From assembly GCA_963767925.1 (NCBI GenBank), contig CAVYGB010000008.1, forward strand, positions 1,600,001 through 1,664,000: a stretch of 64,000 nucleotides of DNA. The letters are read 5' to 3'. Source of the stretch: an uncultured delta proteobacterium. Lineage in GTDB: Bacteria; Myxococcota_A; Polyangia; Fen-1088. Of this stretch, positions 20,401-31,094 are shown one piece after another (the stretch's first letter is position 1; each line of letters begins with the position of its first letter). The notes beneath the pieces are model-generated. The model was not told the DNA's origin and made no database searches. It was given only the letters and a program-made list of their open reading frames with translations. Both the position numbers and the translations under genes were made by a program.

Positions 20401-22734
20401 GTCCTGGAAGGCCTCGGCGATCTCGCGGGGCTCGCGCTCCATGGCCAGCAGCTCCCGCACCAGCCGGGCCGGGTCGTCCGGCGTCGGTGGCAAGAGGGGG
20501 CCCTTGGGCAGATACGCCACCAGGTTCTCCGGACGGCCGGCCAGGTCGAGCTCCTGGGCCCGCTCGCGCAGGGCGAATACCAGTCGATCGAGCGAGGGTC
20601 GAGACCAGATGGTGGCCCCGAGGTGCAACGCCTCGGCGGCTCGGGCCGATCGCCCGTCGCGCCGGAGGTACCAGGAGAGCCACCAGAAGCCCGCCTCCTG
20701 ACCGTCGCTGCGGACCGCCTGCTCGAGCACGCCGATCCCCTCGCCCCGGGTATCATCGCCGCGCACCATGAGGTGGGCCCGCAAGGTGGTGGCCGGCAGG
20801 GACCGGGCCTCGTCGAGCTCGCCCCAGAGCTTGAGGGCCTGCAGCCGGAGATCCCGGCTCGCCCCCGGCAGGGCGCTCCCCTCGGCCAGCAGGCCCAGCA
20901 CGGCCGGTTCGGCAGTGGGGCCCCGGGACCGCGTCCGCCGCACCACCTCGAGCGCGTCGGCCGGGCGGCCATCGCGGTTGAGGCGCAGGGCCAGCCGCCG
21001 CCCGGAGAGCGCAGCCTCCTCCGGGCTGGCCTGGTCGAGGCGAGCCAGCAGCACCTCGAGCGGGGCGCCGTCGGGCCAGGATCCGGTCAGCTCCACGACA
21101 TCGAGCAGCGGCAGCAGGCCCGGGCCGAGGCCCTGGGCCCGCTCGAGCAGGGTGCGCGCGCGTTCGGGCTGCTCCTGAGTGCGGGCCAGCCGGGCGCCCC
21201 AGCGCAGCAGCGCCGCCCCCAGGGGCGACTGGGGCAGCAGCTGAACCGCCTGGATCAGACGCTCGAGCGCCTCGGCACCGGACAGCTTCAGGGCCGCCCG
21301 CAAGGCGGCGAACCCGCTGCGAGCACCGTCCGAGTCGGTGAGCTGTCGGCGCAGGCCATCGGCGGCCGCGGGGTCGCCCGCGCACTCGAACAGCACCGCC
21401 GCAAAGGCCCGGAAGGCCGGCTGCAGATCGCCGGGCAGGCGCTCGGCGAGGGCTTGCAGACCGGCCGCGGCCCGGGCGCGATCGTCCCGGGCGAGCGCCC
21501 GCTCGCAGTCCAGCAGCAACCGGCCCACCGAATCGGGCTCGCCGCCGCTCGCCTCGAGGGTCCCAGCCACGCTCGGGCTCTCCCCGGCCGGGCGGGTATG
21601 CTCGAGGACGAGCTCGTAGGCCATCCGCTCGCCGGGCATGACCCGGGCGAGGGTCGCGGTCACCGCCCGCGCTTGCTCAAGGGCGCCGGCCTGGACCAGC
21701 AGGCGCAGCTGTCCGCGCAGAGCGGGACCATGGTGGGGGTCGCGGGCCAGCGCCCGCTCGTACCAGGTCATGGCCTCGGGCTCCCCGAGCCGCTCGGCGG
21801 CCCGACCGGCCGCCACCGCCGTCCAGCAGATCGCCCGGTTTGTCGCCTCGTCGTCGGCCCCTCCGGTCTTGGCCTCCAGGGCCGCGAGCTGCTCGAGGTA
21901 GAGGGCCCGCTGCGTCTGCAGCGCGCTCACCTCGTCGAGCTCGGCGGCGTCGCCGGAGAAGGCGGCGGCGGCGTCGGCGATCTCCTGCAGCGGGCGCGAG
22001 GGGCGCACCGGAAAGCTCATGTCGAGCGCCGTGATCGGCTCCTCGTCCGGGAGGGCTTCCTCGAAAGCCTGCCCGGTGGTGGGCGGGGGCCGGTTCCAGC
22101 GAGAGGCCTCCGGACGGGCCGGCTCGGAGCCGCCCATGAACAGGGCCGAAACGTCGGGCAGGCCGTCTTCGTTGAGCTCGCGCCCCGGCTCGCGCGGCGC
22201 CATGGGCACGAGGGGCAGGGAGGCCACCGGAGGCGGGAGATCGGCGGGCCCGGGCTCGCCGAGAGGAGCGCCGGCCGCCGCTGCTTCCAGCTCGGCGATC
22301 TCGGGAATGACCAGCACGCCGCTGGATTCCTCGCCCGTCGGATAGGTGTTTTCGGGCGCGGCCCCCGGGGGCGGCGCCACGACGGTGACCTCAGCCTCGT
22401 CCCCGTAGAGGTCGCGCAACATCGGCGCCGGCCCGAGGATCGGCTGCGGCGTCTCCGCCAGCGGCAGCTCGGGAGGGGGCGTGTCCCCCGGCGCCAGCAC
22501 GATCTCTCCGGAGTTGAGGTCGTCGAGCACCAGCTCCGCGCTTTCGGGTGGGGGCGGCTCCGGGCCCAGGGTCACCGGCGGCGGGGTGCCTGGGCTGAAC
22601 GAAGGATCCCAGGCCGCCACCTCGCGCTCCCAGTCACTCTCCTCTTCGTACGCCGGAGCGGCCGGAGCCGAGCCGAGCTGACCCCGGGCAGGGGGCCGTG
22701 GCTCCGGGGGCCTGGTCTTGTCGTCGTTGGCCAT
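17464..22734 (-). CDS. Giant TPR-repeat protein (1756 aa)
   Basis: Acidic Pro-rich N-terminus, many TPR-like helices (YRRALESEPEHLPALVRL, FERVLRLTPGNREALEAL), and a C-terminal domain shared with the upstream gene. Confidence 0.85.
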   Translation of the reverse strand: MANDDKTRPPEPRPPARGQLGSAPAAPAYEEESDWEREVAAWDPSFSPGTPPPVTLGPEPPPPESAELVLDDLNSGEIVLAPGDTPPPELPLAETPQPILGPAPMLRDLYGDEAEVTVVAPPPGAAPENTYPTGEESSGVLVIPEIAELEAAAAGAPLGEPGPADLPPPVASLPLVPMAPREPGRELNEDGLPDVSALFMGGSEPARPEASRWNRPPPTTGQAFEEALPDEEPITALDMSFPVRPSRPLQEIADAAAAFSGDAAELDEVSALQTQRALYLEQLAALEAKTGGADDEATNRAICWTAVAAGRAAERLGEPEAMTWYERALARDPHHGPALRGQLRLLVQAGALEQARAVTATLARVMPGERMAYELVLEHTRPAGESPSVAGTLEASGGEPDSVGRLLLDCERALARDDRARAAAGLQALAERLPGDLQPAFRAFAAVLFECAGDPAAADGLRRQLTDSDGARSGFAALRAALKLSGAEALERLIQAVQLLPQSPLGAALLRWGARLARTQEQPERARTLLERAQGLGPGLLPLLDVVELTGSWPDGAPLEVLLARLDQASPEEAALSGRRLALRLNRDGRPADALEVVRRTRSRGPTAEPAVLGLLAEGSALPGASRDLRLQALKLWGELDEARSLPATTLRAHLMVRGDDTRGEGIGVLEQAVRSDGQEAGFWWLSWYLRRDGRSARAAEALHLGATIWSRPSLDRLVFALRERAQELDLAGRPENLVAYLPKGPLLPPTPDDPARLVRELLAMEREPREIAEAFQDAAREGSRYRVHEAAGWLIQAGAFAEALSWLQGSAAPVASHAISGLLRRRLIGLIDDPTVRIGVLAELRRSNPAGDEPTELEFRRAEALEVAGQTREAASAYRELLASPLARDADLALRRVLWTLRDGDGLEGLWRDEYDALNGAGRTRAAAAALVERGRIERDLRGNTESAQGELSAARLLDPDRHEARVMLLALPGARPTGAEVVTLLEELAREMPAEAVSIQFLAALIADGQGHPETAQRLLREALRRAGERPSLALVRRHVASEENRSPPASDLPTLLEARAQSIALTPGADPRLSTSLFSRAAEAEEAAGRRDRAERLYRRALESEPEHLPALVRLRKLLVARGAFAEAVDVLEIEAQALRRPTRRSQALFLAATLAADRLRDGRRARGLLERAMAADSRNDAAFTRLRKLLEEANELEAVTTLLARRLAGASPEDVTALRLERVDLLLGPLGDRPAAKAELRILLESEPDNSAILGRLAALELDDGDFGAAAELSIRQARFERDPAALEACFLRIGRLYLQRLNDPRVAQGAFERVLRLTPGNREALEALSELYARQNDSRKALAVTERLVEQETDPERRLPFLIRLAALWESAGDSRRAGVIFRHAVDESPRSLQAIGELARFHDRNKEPQARKVLLEGSLSLLSADLRNNPENLNATVRTMIPILRWRQRRTSATSAAQLLRRYSPHLDESREAASWVETLSSGRRLAPLANPDLDERALPRRVQGGIRHVLRQLGPALAHANRPDLRRWQVGRSARQRPGSEIRLEFEAVAGDLGVREFDLYVSDSDPRALAVEPADPPAIVIGASLAKQGRPALRFAAGWCLRLIETHFDLLLERSPMEAAALMAGVVRRFLPDYAYPDLEDGALAAADARVGRALGKGRRAELAPFANEIAGSFTPNGLFLDAQETAARAGLLACADLASALDLIAAAAGRPSSGLADVLEIPVALRLVDFALSEDHEDLVQALDSVS

Positions 22735-22737
22735 CGC

Positions 22738-25700
22738 TCAGTCCTTGCTGAGTCCGGCGTCGCGGCGAACCGCCGCATAACGGTCGCTGAAGGCAAAATG
22801 GATGACGTCCAGGCAGGCGGGGCTGAGCAGGTCCTGCCGGGTGGGGGTGTTTCGCTGGGTCAAGGTCCGCAGCGCCACCGCGAGGTCCCCGCTCATCAAC
22901 AGGGCGAAGCGGTTGGCGGTGCGCAGGACGCCTTCCCGCCAGGCGGCCACCTCGAGGGGCGCCTGCTCGAAGGCGGTCGCGTAGGACTCGAGGTTCTTGA
23001 TCTCCCGGCGCGAGAGCCCCTTGCCGATCCTCCGGGCGAGGTTGCGCAGGTTCTCCAGGTCGAGGCGGGCGCGGGCGTGCTCGATGTAGCGGGGGTTGGC
23101 CAGGTAGGCGGCCGCCTCCCAGACCAGCTCGAGATCGGAGATGGAGATGCTTTCGAGCAAGGTCGCGCATTCTCGCAGCAAAGCCAGGGTCCGGCCGACC
23201 CGGAAACGCGCGACCGGATCCCCCCCACCACCCCCCGGCCGAGAGCGAGCGAGCTCTCCGGGACGTCGAGGCCGGCGATCCAGAGATCGTCCAGGGGGGG
23301 CAGGTAGATCGAGAGGGAGGGGATGCCCAGGGCCAGGCTGGCGTTCTCTGCCCAGGCCAGGCGGGGGTCCGAGCCAGGGGCCAGCCGCGTCTGCCGGGTG
23401 ATACCCAGCTCGGTCGAGGGGGGGGCATACAGGCGGGCCACGCCCCGGCAGAACTGCGGCCAGGTCTCCTTCATCAGGGCCAGGGCAGGCGAGATGCTGC
23501 CCGGTCCCTGCACCCCCATCGCCAGCAGCGACACCGGGCGCTGCAGGTCGCGCACGTGTCCCCGCGCGGAGCCGAAGCCGAGGGCGCTGAGGAGCTGGGT
23601 GGCCGCCGCCTGCAGGTCGGGGAGCGTCCGCAGGGCCGCCAGGTCGCGCAGGCACTCCAGCGTCCGGACCTGCAAGGGCTGGGTCTCGAGGGTCCGCCGC
23701 AGGTCCCCGATCACCGTGTTGATGGCCCCCGCATCCTCCTGACTGAGGGGCCCCTCCCCGACCGTGGCGACCAGCTCGGGGATGACCTCCCCCAGGGGAT
23801 CGAGCTGCAGCGCGGTTCGCAGGGCGGCCAGCGCCGCCGGCAGGTCCTTGCGCTCCTCCCGCTCGAGCTTGGCCAGCCGCACCGCCACCGCGGCCTTGGC
23901 CGGACGCGCATCGGTCAGCGCCTGCAGCACCCGGAGCTGCTCGGCGGCGAGATCGAAGCGCCGGGTCCGCGAGGCCAGGGCAACCAGCCGCTCGCGGGGG
24001 ACCGTGTCGTCGAGCTTGGCCTCGATGGCCGCCCGCAAGACGCGCTCGGCCTCCTCGGGATGCTTGTCAGCCTCGTAGGCGCTCGCCAGATCGAGCTGCA
24101 TGGAGACCATCTCCTCCAGCGGCGTGCCGGACCGCTCGAGGGCCCGGGTCAGGTAGTCGACCGCCAGGTCGAAGCGCTCATCGCCCATCGCCAGCCGGGC
24201 CAGCAGGCGCAAGCTGGTGACCCGTTCGGGATCGAGGGCGAGGATGCGCCGGTGATCGTGGATGGCCTCGTTGCGCTTGCCGAGCTGGCCCAGGCGCAGG
24301 GCGGCCCGCTCGGTGTAGAGCAGGATCCGGACGCTGTCGTCGCGGGTGTGGGCGATCTTGAAGGAGAGCAGCTGCTCGAGGGCGCCCGGCTGCTCGCGGC
24401 GCAGGAGGATCCGCCGCAGGCGGCGGTAGGCTTCCTCGTGCTCGGGGACCCGGCGCAGGACCTCGAGGTAGGCGCTCGCCGCCTCGTCGGGCTGGCCCTC
24501 GTCCTCGTAGAGCCGCCCCGCCTGGGTGCCGAGCTCGGCGGCGGGGCCGTCGCTGCACAGCTCGGCGGCGATCCGGAGGAGCGCCACCGCTTGCCCGCGC
24601 CGGTTCCGGACGGCGAAGGAGACCCGGCGCAGGCCGTCGAGCGCCTCGAGCGACCCGGGCTCGTGATCGAGCGCCTGGGCGTAGGCGCCGGCCGCCTCGT
24701 GCCAGCGATGCAACCGCTCCTCTTGCAGCCCTTCCTCGAGCAAGAGCTGCTCGGCGACCGCCCGACCGGCGCCCTCGTGCTCGCCGAGCCGTTCGGCCCG
24801 CGTGCGGCGGGCGTGGGCGACCCTCCCGGGCAGCGGCAGGTCGCCGCCGAGATCGGTGGCGGCGAGATCGACGAGCGTGGCGGTCGGGCCCTCGGCCGCC
24901 CGGGCCAGCGCGCTCCAGGCCGTCACCCGATCGCCCCCCAGCAACCGCCGGACCCCGATCGCCGCCCACAGCTCGAGCGCCGCCGCCGGGGCCGCCTTGG
25001 CCCGGGCCATGCGTTCCAGGCCATCGAGCCGCGCCTTCGCGTCGTCGTTGCGCACGCCCCGGACCCACATCCGGATCGCGTCGAGGGGGCCCTCGCCCCC
25101 GCCGCCGATCTCCACCCCCTTGCCCCCGCAGGCGAGCGAGAGCAGGTCCGACTCCCGGGTCAGCTCCAATGCGATCGGGCTGGAGGCAGCGGCGCCGGCC
25201 AGGCGCTCGAAGCCCTGCAAGAGCTCGCCCTCTCCGCCCTCGTGCCGGCTCGTCACGCGCAGCAGCCCGAGCGCCGCCTCGATCGCGAGAGGGCCGGGCG
25301 GGGCAGCCTCCAGGGCCTCCCGGTAGGCGTCTGCAGCGGTGGTTGTCTGTCCACCCTCCTCGCGGGCCTCGGCCAGGGCGAGCAGCCGCAGGAGCGCGCT
25401 CTCGGCGCCGGTCTCCTCGAAGCTCGCGACAACCGCGTCTTCCTCGAGCAGCGCCCCCTCGAGGGCCACCGTGCGGGAGGTGCGCGCGATCTCCCACGAC
25501 CAGAGCACGGCGCTGCGGTCCTTCTGATCGCGCAGGGGACGCAAGGCGGCCAGGGCCTCGACGTATCGGGATGCCTCGGCCGCCGAGAAGGCGAGGCGGA
25601 ACCGCAGCGCGCGCACGACCTCGGCGCTGCGTCCGCCCTGCTCGGAGGCCAGCAACTCGGCCGCGAGGACCCCGAGGCGGTCATCGGTCCGATCCGCCGA

Positions 25701-27743
25701 GCGGTACAGCCGCTCGAGCTCGGCCGCCTGAGCCGAGCCCGGCGCGCAGCGGAACGCCTCCTCGGCCAGGGCCAGGGCCGAGCGTTCGGCGCCCGCGTCC
25801 CAGGCCAGGCGGGAGGCGAGCAGGCGCAGGGCGGCCGCCGCGGGACCGTCGTCGCGCTCGATGCGCTCGCTCAGCGAGCGGAGCTGGCGGATCGCCTCCT
25901 CGGCGCCCTCCCCGGTCGAGATGTACCTGTCGCCGGCCTGATCGACGGCCCGGGTGGCGGCCACGATCTCGTCGCTCGGGGTGGCGCCAGGCGTCTCGAA
26001 CCGGCGGGCGGACCGGGCGTCCCGCAGCACGTCGCGGTGAAGGACGAGGAGCACCCGCTGCAGCTCCTGCTTGCGGGCCTCACTGGTGGCCGCGGCCGCG
26101 TCGGCTTCTAGCAGGTGGGCGAGCGCCGCCCACTCGCGCAGCTCGGCGAACACCCCCCGGAGGACCTCCCGGGCCGGCGGGTAGTCGGGGACCAGGCTGA
26201 GGGCCCGCAGGGCTGGCTCGCGGGCCGCCCGCGCGTTCTTGAGGATGTGGTGGTGGATGAAGGCCGCCCGGACCAGCAGGTGGGCCGCCTCGCGGGCAGA
26301 CTCCGGGTCGAGCGCCCGGGCCCCGGGCCCGGAGGTCCCATTTGTCGGGGCAACCATGCGTTCGGCGTTGGCGGCGTGCAGGCGCGCCAGCCCCTCGGCG
26401 TCGCCCGACCGGGCCACGATCCGCACCCGGGCCAGGGAGGCCAGCGCCGCCAGCCGGCTGCCGCGGGTCAGGCGATCGAGGGTCTCGATTGCCTCGCCGA
26501 GCGCCCCGGCCCGGGCGGCGGCTTCAGCGCGACGCAGCAGAGCCTCGTCGCGCCGCCCGCTGCCCGAGACCGTGTGGGCGTCCTCGACGAGCGGCGCGAT
26601 GGCATCGGCCTGGCCGGCCTTCTCGGCCACGTCGAACAGGTCGGCGATCAGCAGCGGGTGCTCCGGTGCGGCCTTCAGGCCCCGCTCGAGCACGGCGAGG
26701 GCGGCCTCGGCGGCGCCCTGACGCATCAACAGGCGCGCCTTCTCCCGGCAGAGCGCCACCAGGAACGCTGGCTCGAGCCGGAGCGGGGACTCGGCCCGGT
26801 GCAGGCGCGCGTCCAGGAAGTCGAGCACCCGCGTCCTCAGATCGGGATCGCCCGCTACCAGGGACAGGCGGTACAGCTCCGCCGCGACCGGCTCCTCGGC
26901 GGAAGGCGGCAGAGCGAGCCCCAGCAGATCCTCGATGCTCTGCCGGATCTTCTCCTCGCTCTCCTCGCTCTCCTCGCTCTCCCCGCTTTCCCCGTTCTCT
27001 CCGTTCTGTTGCGCCTCCGGACGCCTTGAGAGGCGTCCGCGCTCGCTCGTGGTCAGCTCGAGGGCGAACAGGGCACGCACGTGGGGCTCGGCCACATGGG
27101 CGGTCAGGCCGGTCAGGGCCCGATCGACGTCGGCCCGATCGGGCGCCCGCAACCCGCCGAGCAGCAGCGCCAGCAGTGCAGCCGGGTGGGCGGCGTCGAG
27201 ATCGAGCGCCATGCGGTAGGCGGCCCGCGCCTCGGCCTCGCGTCCCAGCCGATCTTCGAGCACCCGCCCCTTCTCAACCAGGATGTCGGCCCGGTCGGCG
27301 GGGGTGGGCAGAGGCGCGAACCGGATCTCGGCATCCAGCAGCCGGATCAGGTTCTCCCAGGCGCCCCGCCCGGCGAACAGGCCGAACAGGGCCCAGGTGG
27401 TGGCCTGCAGGGTCGGATCGGTAGTCAGCGACTGGGTATAGGTCTTGCGCGCCTCGCGGGCGTTCCCGAGCTGGCGCTCGCGCAGGTGACCCGCTTCGTA
27501 GAGCAGCCGCGCCGTCCGCTTGCTGTCCACCGGCGTCTCGACGCTGGCCTCTTCTTCGTAGAGGGCGATCTCCTCGGCGGCGTCACCGACCGGGGAGCCA
27601 GGCGGGGCCCCGCCGTGTGGGCCCGAGCCGTCGCCCGCGGCGAGGACATCCTCTGGCCGCACGCCTTCGCTGGCCGCGGATCGCGCATCGGTGCCCGTCG
27701 ACCCGCGCTCGTCCTGTGGGCCTTGCGGCGGAGCGCTCGCCAT
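22738..27743 (-). CDS. Giant TPR-repeat protein (about 1670 aa; frameshift in G-run near 23221)
   Basis: TPR-like repeats throughout. Adding one G at 23220-23226 joins ...GRGVVGG to DPVARFRVGR...FAFSDRYAAVRRDAG, and the stop lies 3 nt before the next start. Confidence 0.82.
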
Positions 27744-27980
27744 GGGGAAGCTGTTTTGACGAAAACGACCCGGGAGCTCGGCTCGCAGGCTCTCGTCGCG
27801 AAATGTGGGCAAAGAAGAGAAGGTGGTGGGGTGCCCGCACGCCGGTGGAGCGGTAGGACCCCCACCTCAAAATCCCGATGAGTATGGCGGGATTGGGATC
27901 CGAGGTCAATCGCGCGGAGGGGCTCCGCCGCAGCTCCCCAACCCCTGATAAAATGGGTCTGCCCCACCGCCTGGACATGC

Positions 27981-29537
27981 ATGAAAAAACCGCCTCTTCC
28001 CGCCTACGCGCTCGGTGACCAGCCCCTCGACCTCGCCATCCTCGAGCAGGTCGCCCGGGAGGGGCGCGCCGTGGCGGTAGCGCCAGCGGCGGTCGAGCGG
28101 ATGCGGCGGTCCCGGGCCGTGATCGAGTCCATTGCCCAGGGGGGCGACGACGCACCCAGCGTTTACGGCGTCAACACGGGGTTCGGGGCCCTCGCCGAGG
28201 TGCGCATCGACGCCGATTCCATCCGCGAGCTACAGCAGAACCTGGTCCGCAGCCATGCCGCCGGCGTGGGGGAGCCGTTGCCCCGGGCCGTCGTGCGCGG
28301 GATGCTGCTGCTGCGGGCCGCCGTCCTCGCCACCGGGCGGACGGGTGTGCGTCCGGCCCTCTGCCAGCGCCTCTGTGACCTGCTCGATCGGGGGGTGCAC
28401 CCGATCATCCCCTGGCAAGGATCGGTGGGGGCCTCCGGCGATCTGGCGCCGCTGGCCCACCTGGCTCTCGTCGTGATCGGCGAGGGGGAGGCCGAGCTGG
28501 ACGGGGCGGTCCTTCCGGGAGACGAGGCGCTCGCCCGCGTCGGCTTGAGCCCCATCGTCCTCGAGGCCAAGGAGGGCCTGGCCCTGGTCAATGGCACCCA
28601 GCTCATGACGGCCGCCGGCGCGCTCTCGGTGGCGGAGGCGTTGCGTCTGACCGAGGTGGCGGACATCACCGGCGTCATGTCGCTCGAGACCATCAAGGGC
28701 TCTTCGCGGCCCTTCGACGCCCGCATCATGAGCGTCCGCCCCCACCCGGGCGCTGTGGCTGCCGCGGCCCACTTGCGGCGGCTCACCCAGGATTCGGCGA
28801 TCGTCGAGTCCCACCGCGACTGCCACAAGGTTCAGGACGCCTACTCGTTCCGCTGCATGCCCCAGGTGCACGGCGCCGCGCGAGACGGGCTCGCCTTCGC
28901 GGCGGCGACCCTCGAGCGCGAGATGAACGCCGCCACCGACAACCCCCTCGTGTTCGTCGAGGAGGGCGCGCCCGCCGACATCCTGTCGGGGGGCAACTTC
29001 CACGGCCAGCCCCTGGCCCTGGCCCTCGACGTGGCCGCCATCGCCCTGGCCGAGCTGGGAGCCATCTCCGAGCGGCGCATCGAGCAGTGCGTGAACCCCG
29101 CGCTGTCGGGCCTGCCGCCGTTCCTGGCGGTGTCGAGCGGGCTGCACTCGGGTTTCATGCTCGCCCAGGTGACGGCCGCCGCCCTGGTCAGCGAGAACAA
29201 GATCCTCTGCCACCCGGCCTGCGTCGACTCCATCCCCTCGTCGGCGGGCCGGGAGGACCACGTGTCGATGGGCGCCCACTCGGCCTGGAAGCTCTCCCGG
29301 GTCGTCGACAACACCCGGCGCGTGCTCGCCATCGAAGCGCTCTGCGCCGCCCGGGGGCTCGACCTGCGGGCCCCCTTGCGGCCGGGCCGGGCCATCGCGG
29401 CGGTTCACGATCTGATCCGCGGGTCGGTCTCCGCACCCGTGGGAGATCGTCCCCTCTACCGGGACATCGCCGCCCTGGATGGCCTGATCGTGAGCAACCG
29501 GCTGCTCGACGCGGCCCGCTCCGCCCTGCCGGCCTGA
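27981..29537 (+). CDS. hutH: Histidine ammonia-lyase
   Basis: [14 protein letters not shown] (HAL-type SH), MIO motif [30 protein letters not shown]. Confidence 0.95.
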   Translation: MKKPPLPAYALGDQPLDLAILEQVAREGRAVAVAPAAVERMRRSRAVIESIAQGGDDAPSVYGVNTGFGALAEVRIDADSIRELQQNLVRSHAAGVGEPLPRAVVRGMLLLRAAVLATGRTGVRPALCQRLCDLLDRGVHPIIPWQGSVGASGDLAPLAHLALVVIGEGEAELDGAVLPGDEALARVGLSPIVLEAKEGLALVNGTQLMTAAGALSVAEALRLTEVADITGVMSLETIKGSSRPFDARIMSVRPHPGAVAAAAHLRRLTQDSAIVESHRDCHKVQDAYSFRCMPQVHGAARDGLAFAAATLEREMNAATDNPLVFVEEGAPADILSGGNFHGQPLALALDVAAIALAELGAISERRIEQCVNPALSGLPPFLAVSSGLHSGFMLAQVTAAALVSENKILCHPACVDSIPSSAGREDHVSMGAHSAWKLSRVVDNTRRVLAIEALCAARGLDLRAPLRPGRAIAAVHDLIRGSVSAPVGDRPLYRDIAALDGLIVSNRLLDAARSALPA

Positions 29538-29538
29538 G

Positions 29539-30930
29539 CTACGAAGCTCGCGGCTCCGGCTTCTGGTCGGAGAGGTCCACCTGTCGGGCCAGCTCGAGCA
29601 GTTGCTCGGGCGTGTTCAGGCTCGGATCGTCGAGCACCCGCTCGAGCAGCCCTTCGAGGATCTTCCCCACCTGGCGGCCCGGGGCGATGGCCAGGGCCTG
29701 CATGACGTCGCGGCCGCCGACCGCGAGATCCTTCACCGTGAGGACCGCGTCGGCCGAGACCACGTCGGCCACCCGCTGGCGCAGGTCGCGGGTCTCCAGA
29801 TCGGGCTGCTCGCCGAAGCCCCGTCCGACCACGTCGGCCTCGCGCAGGGCCAGCAGAGCCGGCAGCTCGGCCACCCCCACCCGGCGCAGGAACCGGCGCA
29901 CGGTGCCGTCGCTCCATTCGGGCGTGTAATAGAACATGTGGTTGGCCACCAGGCGCTCGACGGTCTCCCGCTCGGCCCCGGGGAGCTTGAGGCGATGGCA
30001 GATTGTCACCGCCATCTCGGCGCCCAGGTGCTCGTGCCGGTAGAAGCTGTATTCGCCCGGCATCCCCGGCTTTGGCTCGCGGGTGCGGGGCTTGCCGACG
30101 TCGTGAAGGAGGGCGCCCAGCCGGAGCACCACCTCGCCCGAGGCGCCGGTCAAGGTGGCGAGACCGTGTCCGTATACGTCGTACTTGTGAAAGCGGTTCT
30201 GGGTGCAGCCGCGGCCCTCGAGCAGCTCGGGGAGCACCTCGGCCAGCAGGTCGGTCTCGCGCAGGAGATCGACGCCGCGGGCGGGGGCCTCGCTGGCCAG
30301 GATCTTGAAGAGCTCGTCGCGGACCCGCTCGGCCGAAACCTTCCGGAAGGAGTCGAGGGTGGCGGGGATGGCCCGCAAGGTGGGCCCGTCGATGGTGAAG
30401 TCGAGCTGGGTTGCTTGCCGGACCGCCCGCATGGGCCGCAGGCCGTCCTCGCGGAAGCGCTGCAGAGGATCGCCCACCGCCCGCACGAGCCGGCGCCCGA
30501 TGTCTCCCTGCCCGTCGAACGGATCGAGGAGGGCCCCCGACAGGGGATCGTAGGCGATGGCGTTCATGGTCAGATCGCGGCGGGCCAGGTCCTCCTCGAG
30601 CGTCTTGCCGAACTCCACCGAAGAGGGGCGCCGCCCGTCCAGGTAGACCCCCTCGCCCCGGAAGGTCGTGACCTCCACCGGACGGCCGGCGGGGGGCGCC
30701 CCGGTGAGGACCGTGACGGTGCCGTGCTGCAACCCCGTGGGGATGGCGAACCGCTGACCGAACAGCTTCAGCACGGCGTCGGGCGCGGCGCTGGTTGCGA
30801 CGTCGAAGTCCTTCGGCGAGCGCCCCAGCACCAGATCGCGCACGCCGCCGCCCACCAGATGAGCCTGGTGTCCTGCCTCCTGCAGGCGCCGGCACACCGC
30901 CACCACGTCGTCGGGTATCCGGGCGCGCAC
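29539..30930 (-). CDS. cca: Class II tRNA nucleotidyltransferase (CCA- or A-adding) with HD domain
   Basis: LVGGGVRD, DFDVAT, EVTTFR..Y.DGRRP, EDLARRDLTMNA, RFREDGLR, LLHDVGKP. Confidence 0.88.
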   Translation of the reverse strand: MRARIPDDVVAVCRRLQEAGHQAHLVGGGVRDLVLGRSPKDFDVATSAAPDAVLKLFGQRFAIPTGLQHGTVTVLTGAPPAGRPVEVTTFRGEGVYLDGRRPSSVEFGKTLEEDLARRDLTMNAIAYDPLSGALLDPFDGQGDIGRRLVRAVGDPLQRFREDGLRPMRAVRQATQLDFTIDGPTLRAIPATLDSFRKVSAERVRDELFKILASEAPARGVDLLRETDLLAEVLPELLEGRGCTQNRFHKYDVYGHGLATLTGASGEVVLRLGALLHDVGKPRTREPKPGMPGEYSFYRHEHLGAEMAVTICHRLKLPGAERETVERLVANHMFYYTPEWSDGTVRRFLRRVGVAELPALLALREADVVGRGFGEQPDLETRDLRQRVADVVSADAVLTVKDLAVGGRDVMQALAIAPGRQVGKILEGLLERVLDDPSLNTPEQLLELARQVDLSDQKPEPRAS

Positions 30931-31094
30931 TAGTGCCTCACGGCAGAAGATCGGTCATGGTTTCGGCGTCGAGGCGCCCCGCCAGCAAGGCGCGACGACG
31001 AGCAATACTGAACGCATTTCGAGGAGGAGCAACGCCGCTGGCGCGGATGCATCGGCGGCGAAACCATGGTCGAGATTCTGCCATGGGGCACCAG
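30930..31094 (+). mobile_element. CTAG/CCAG-bounded ~160-bp hairpin element, copy B
   Basis: Arms CTAGTGCCTCACGGCAGAA...TTCTGCCATGGGGCACCAG; 50-nt core at 30987-31036. Confidence 0.8.

Noticed and set aside
19402..26111. Very long plus-strand ORFs (19402..23307, 23556..26111) and similar antisense ORFs elsewhere
   Set aside because: Shadow ORFs expected in high-GC DNA opposite real genes; they have no recognisable motifs.
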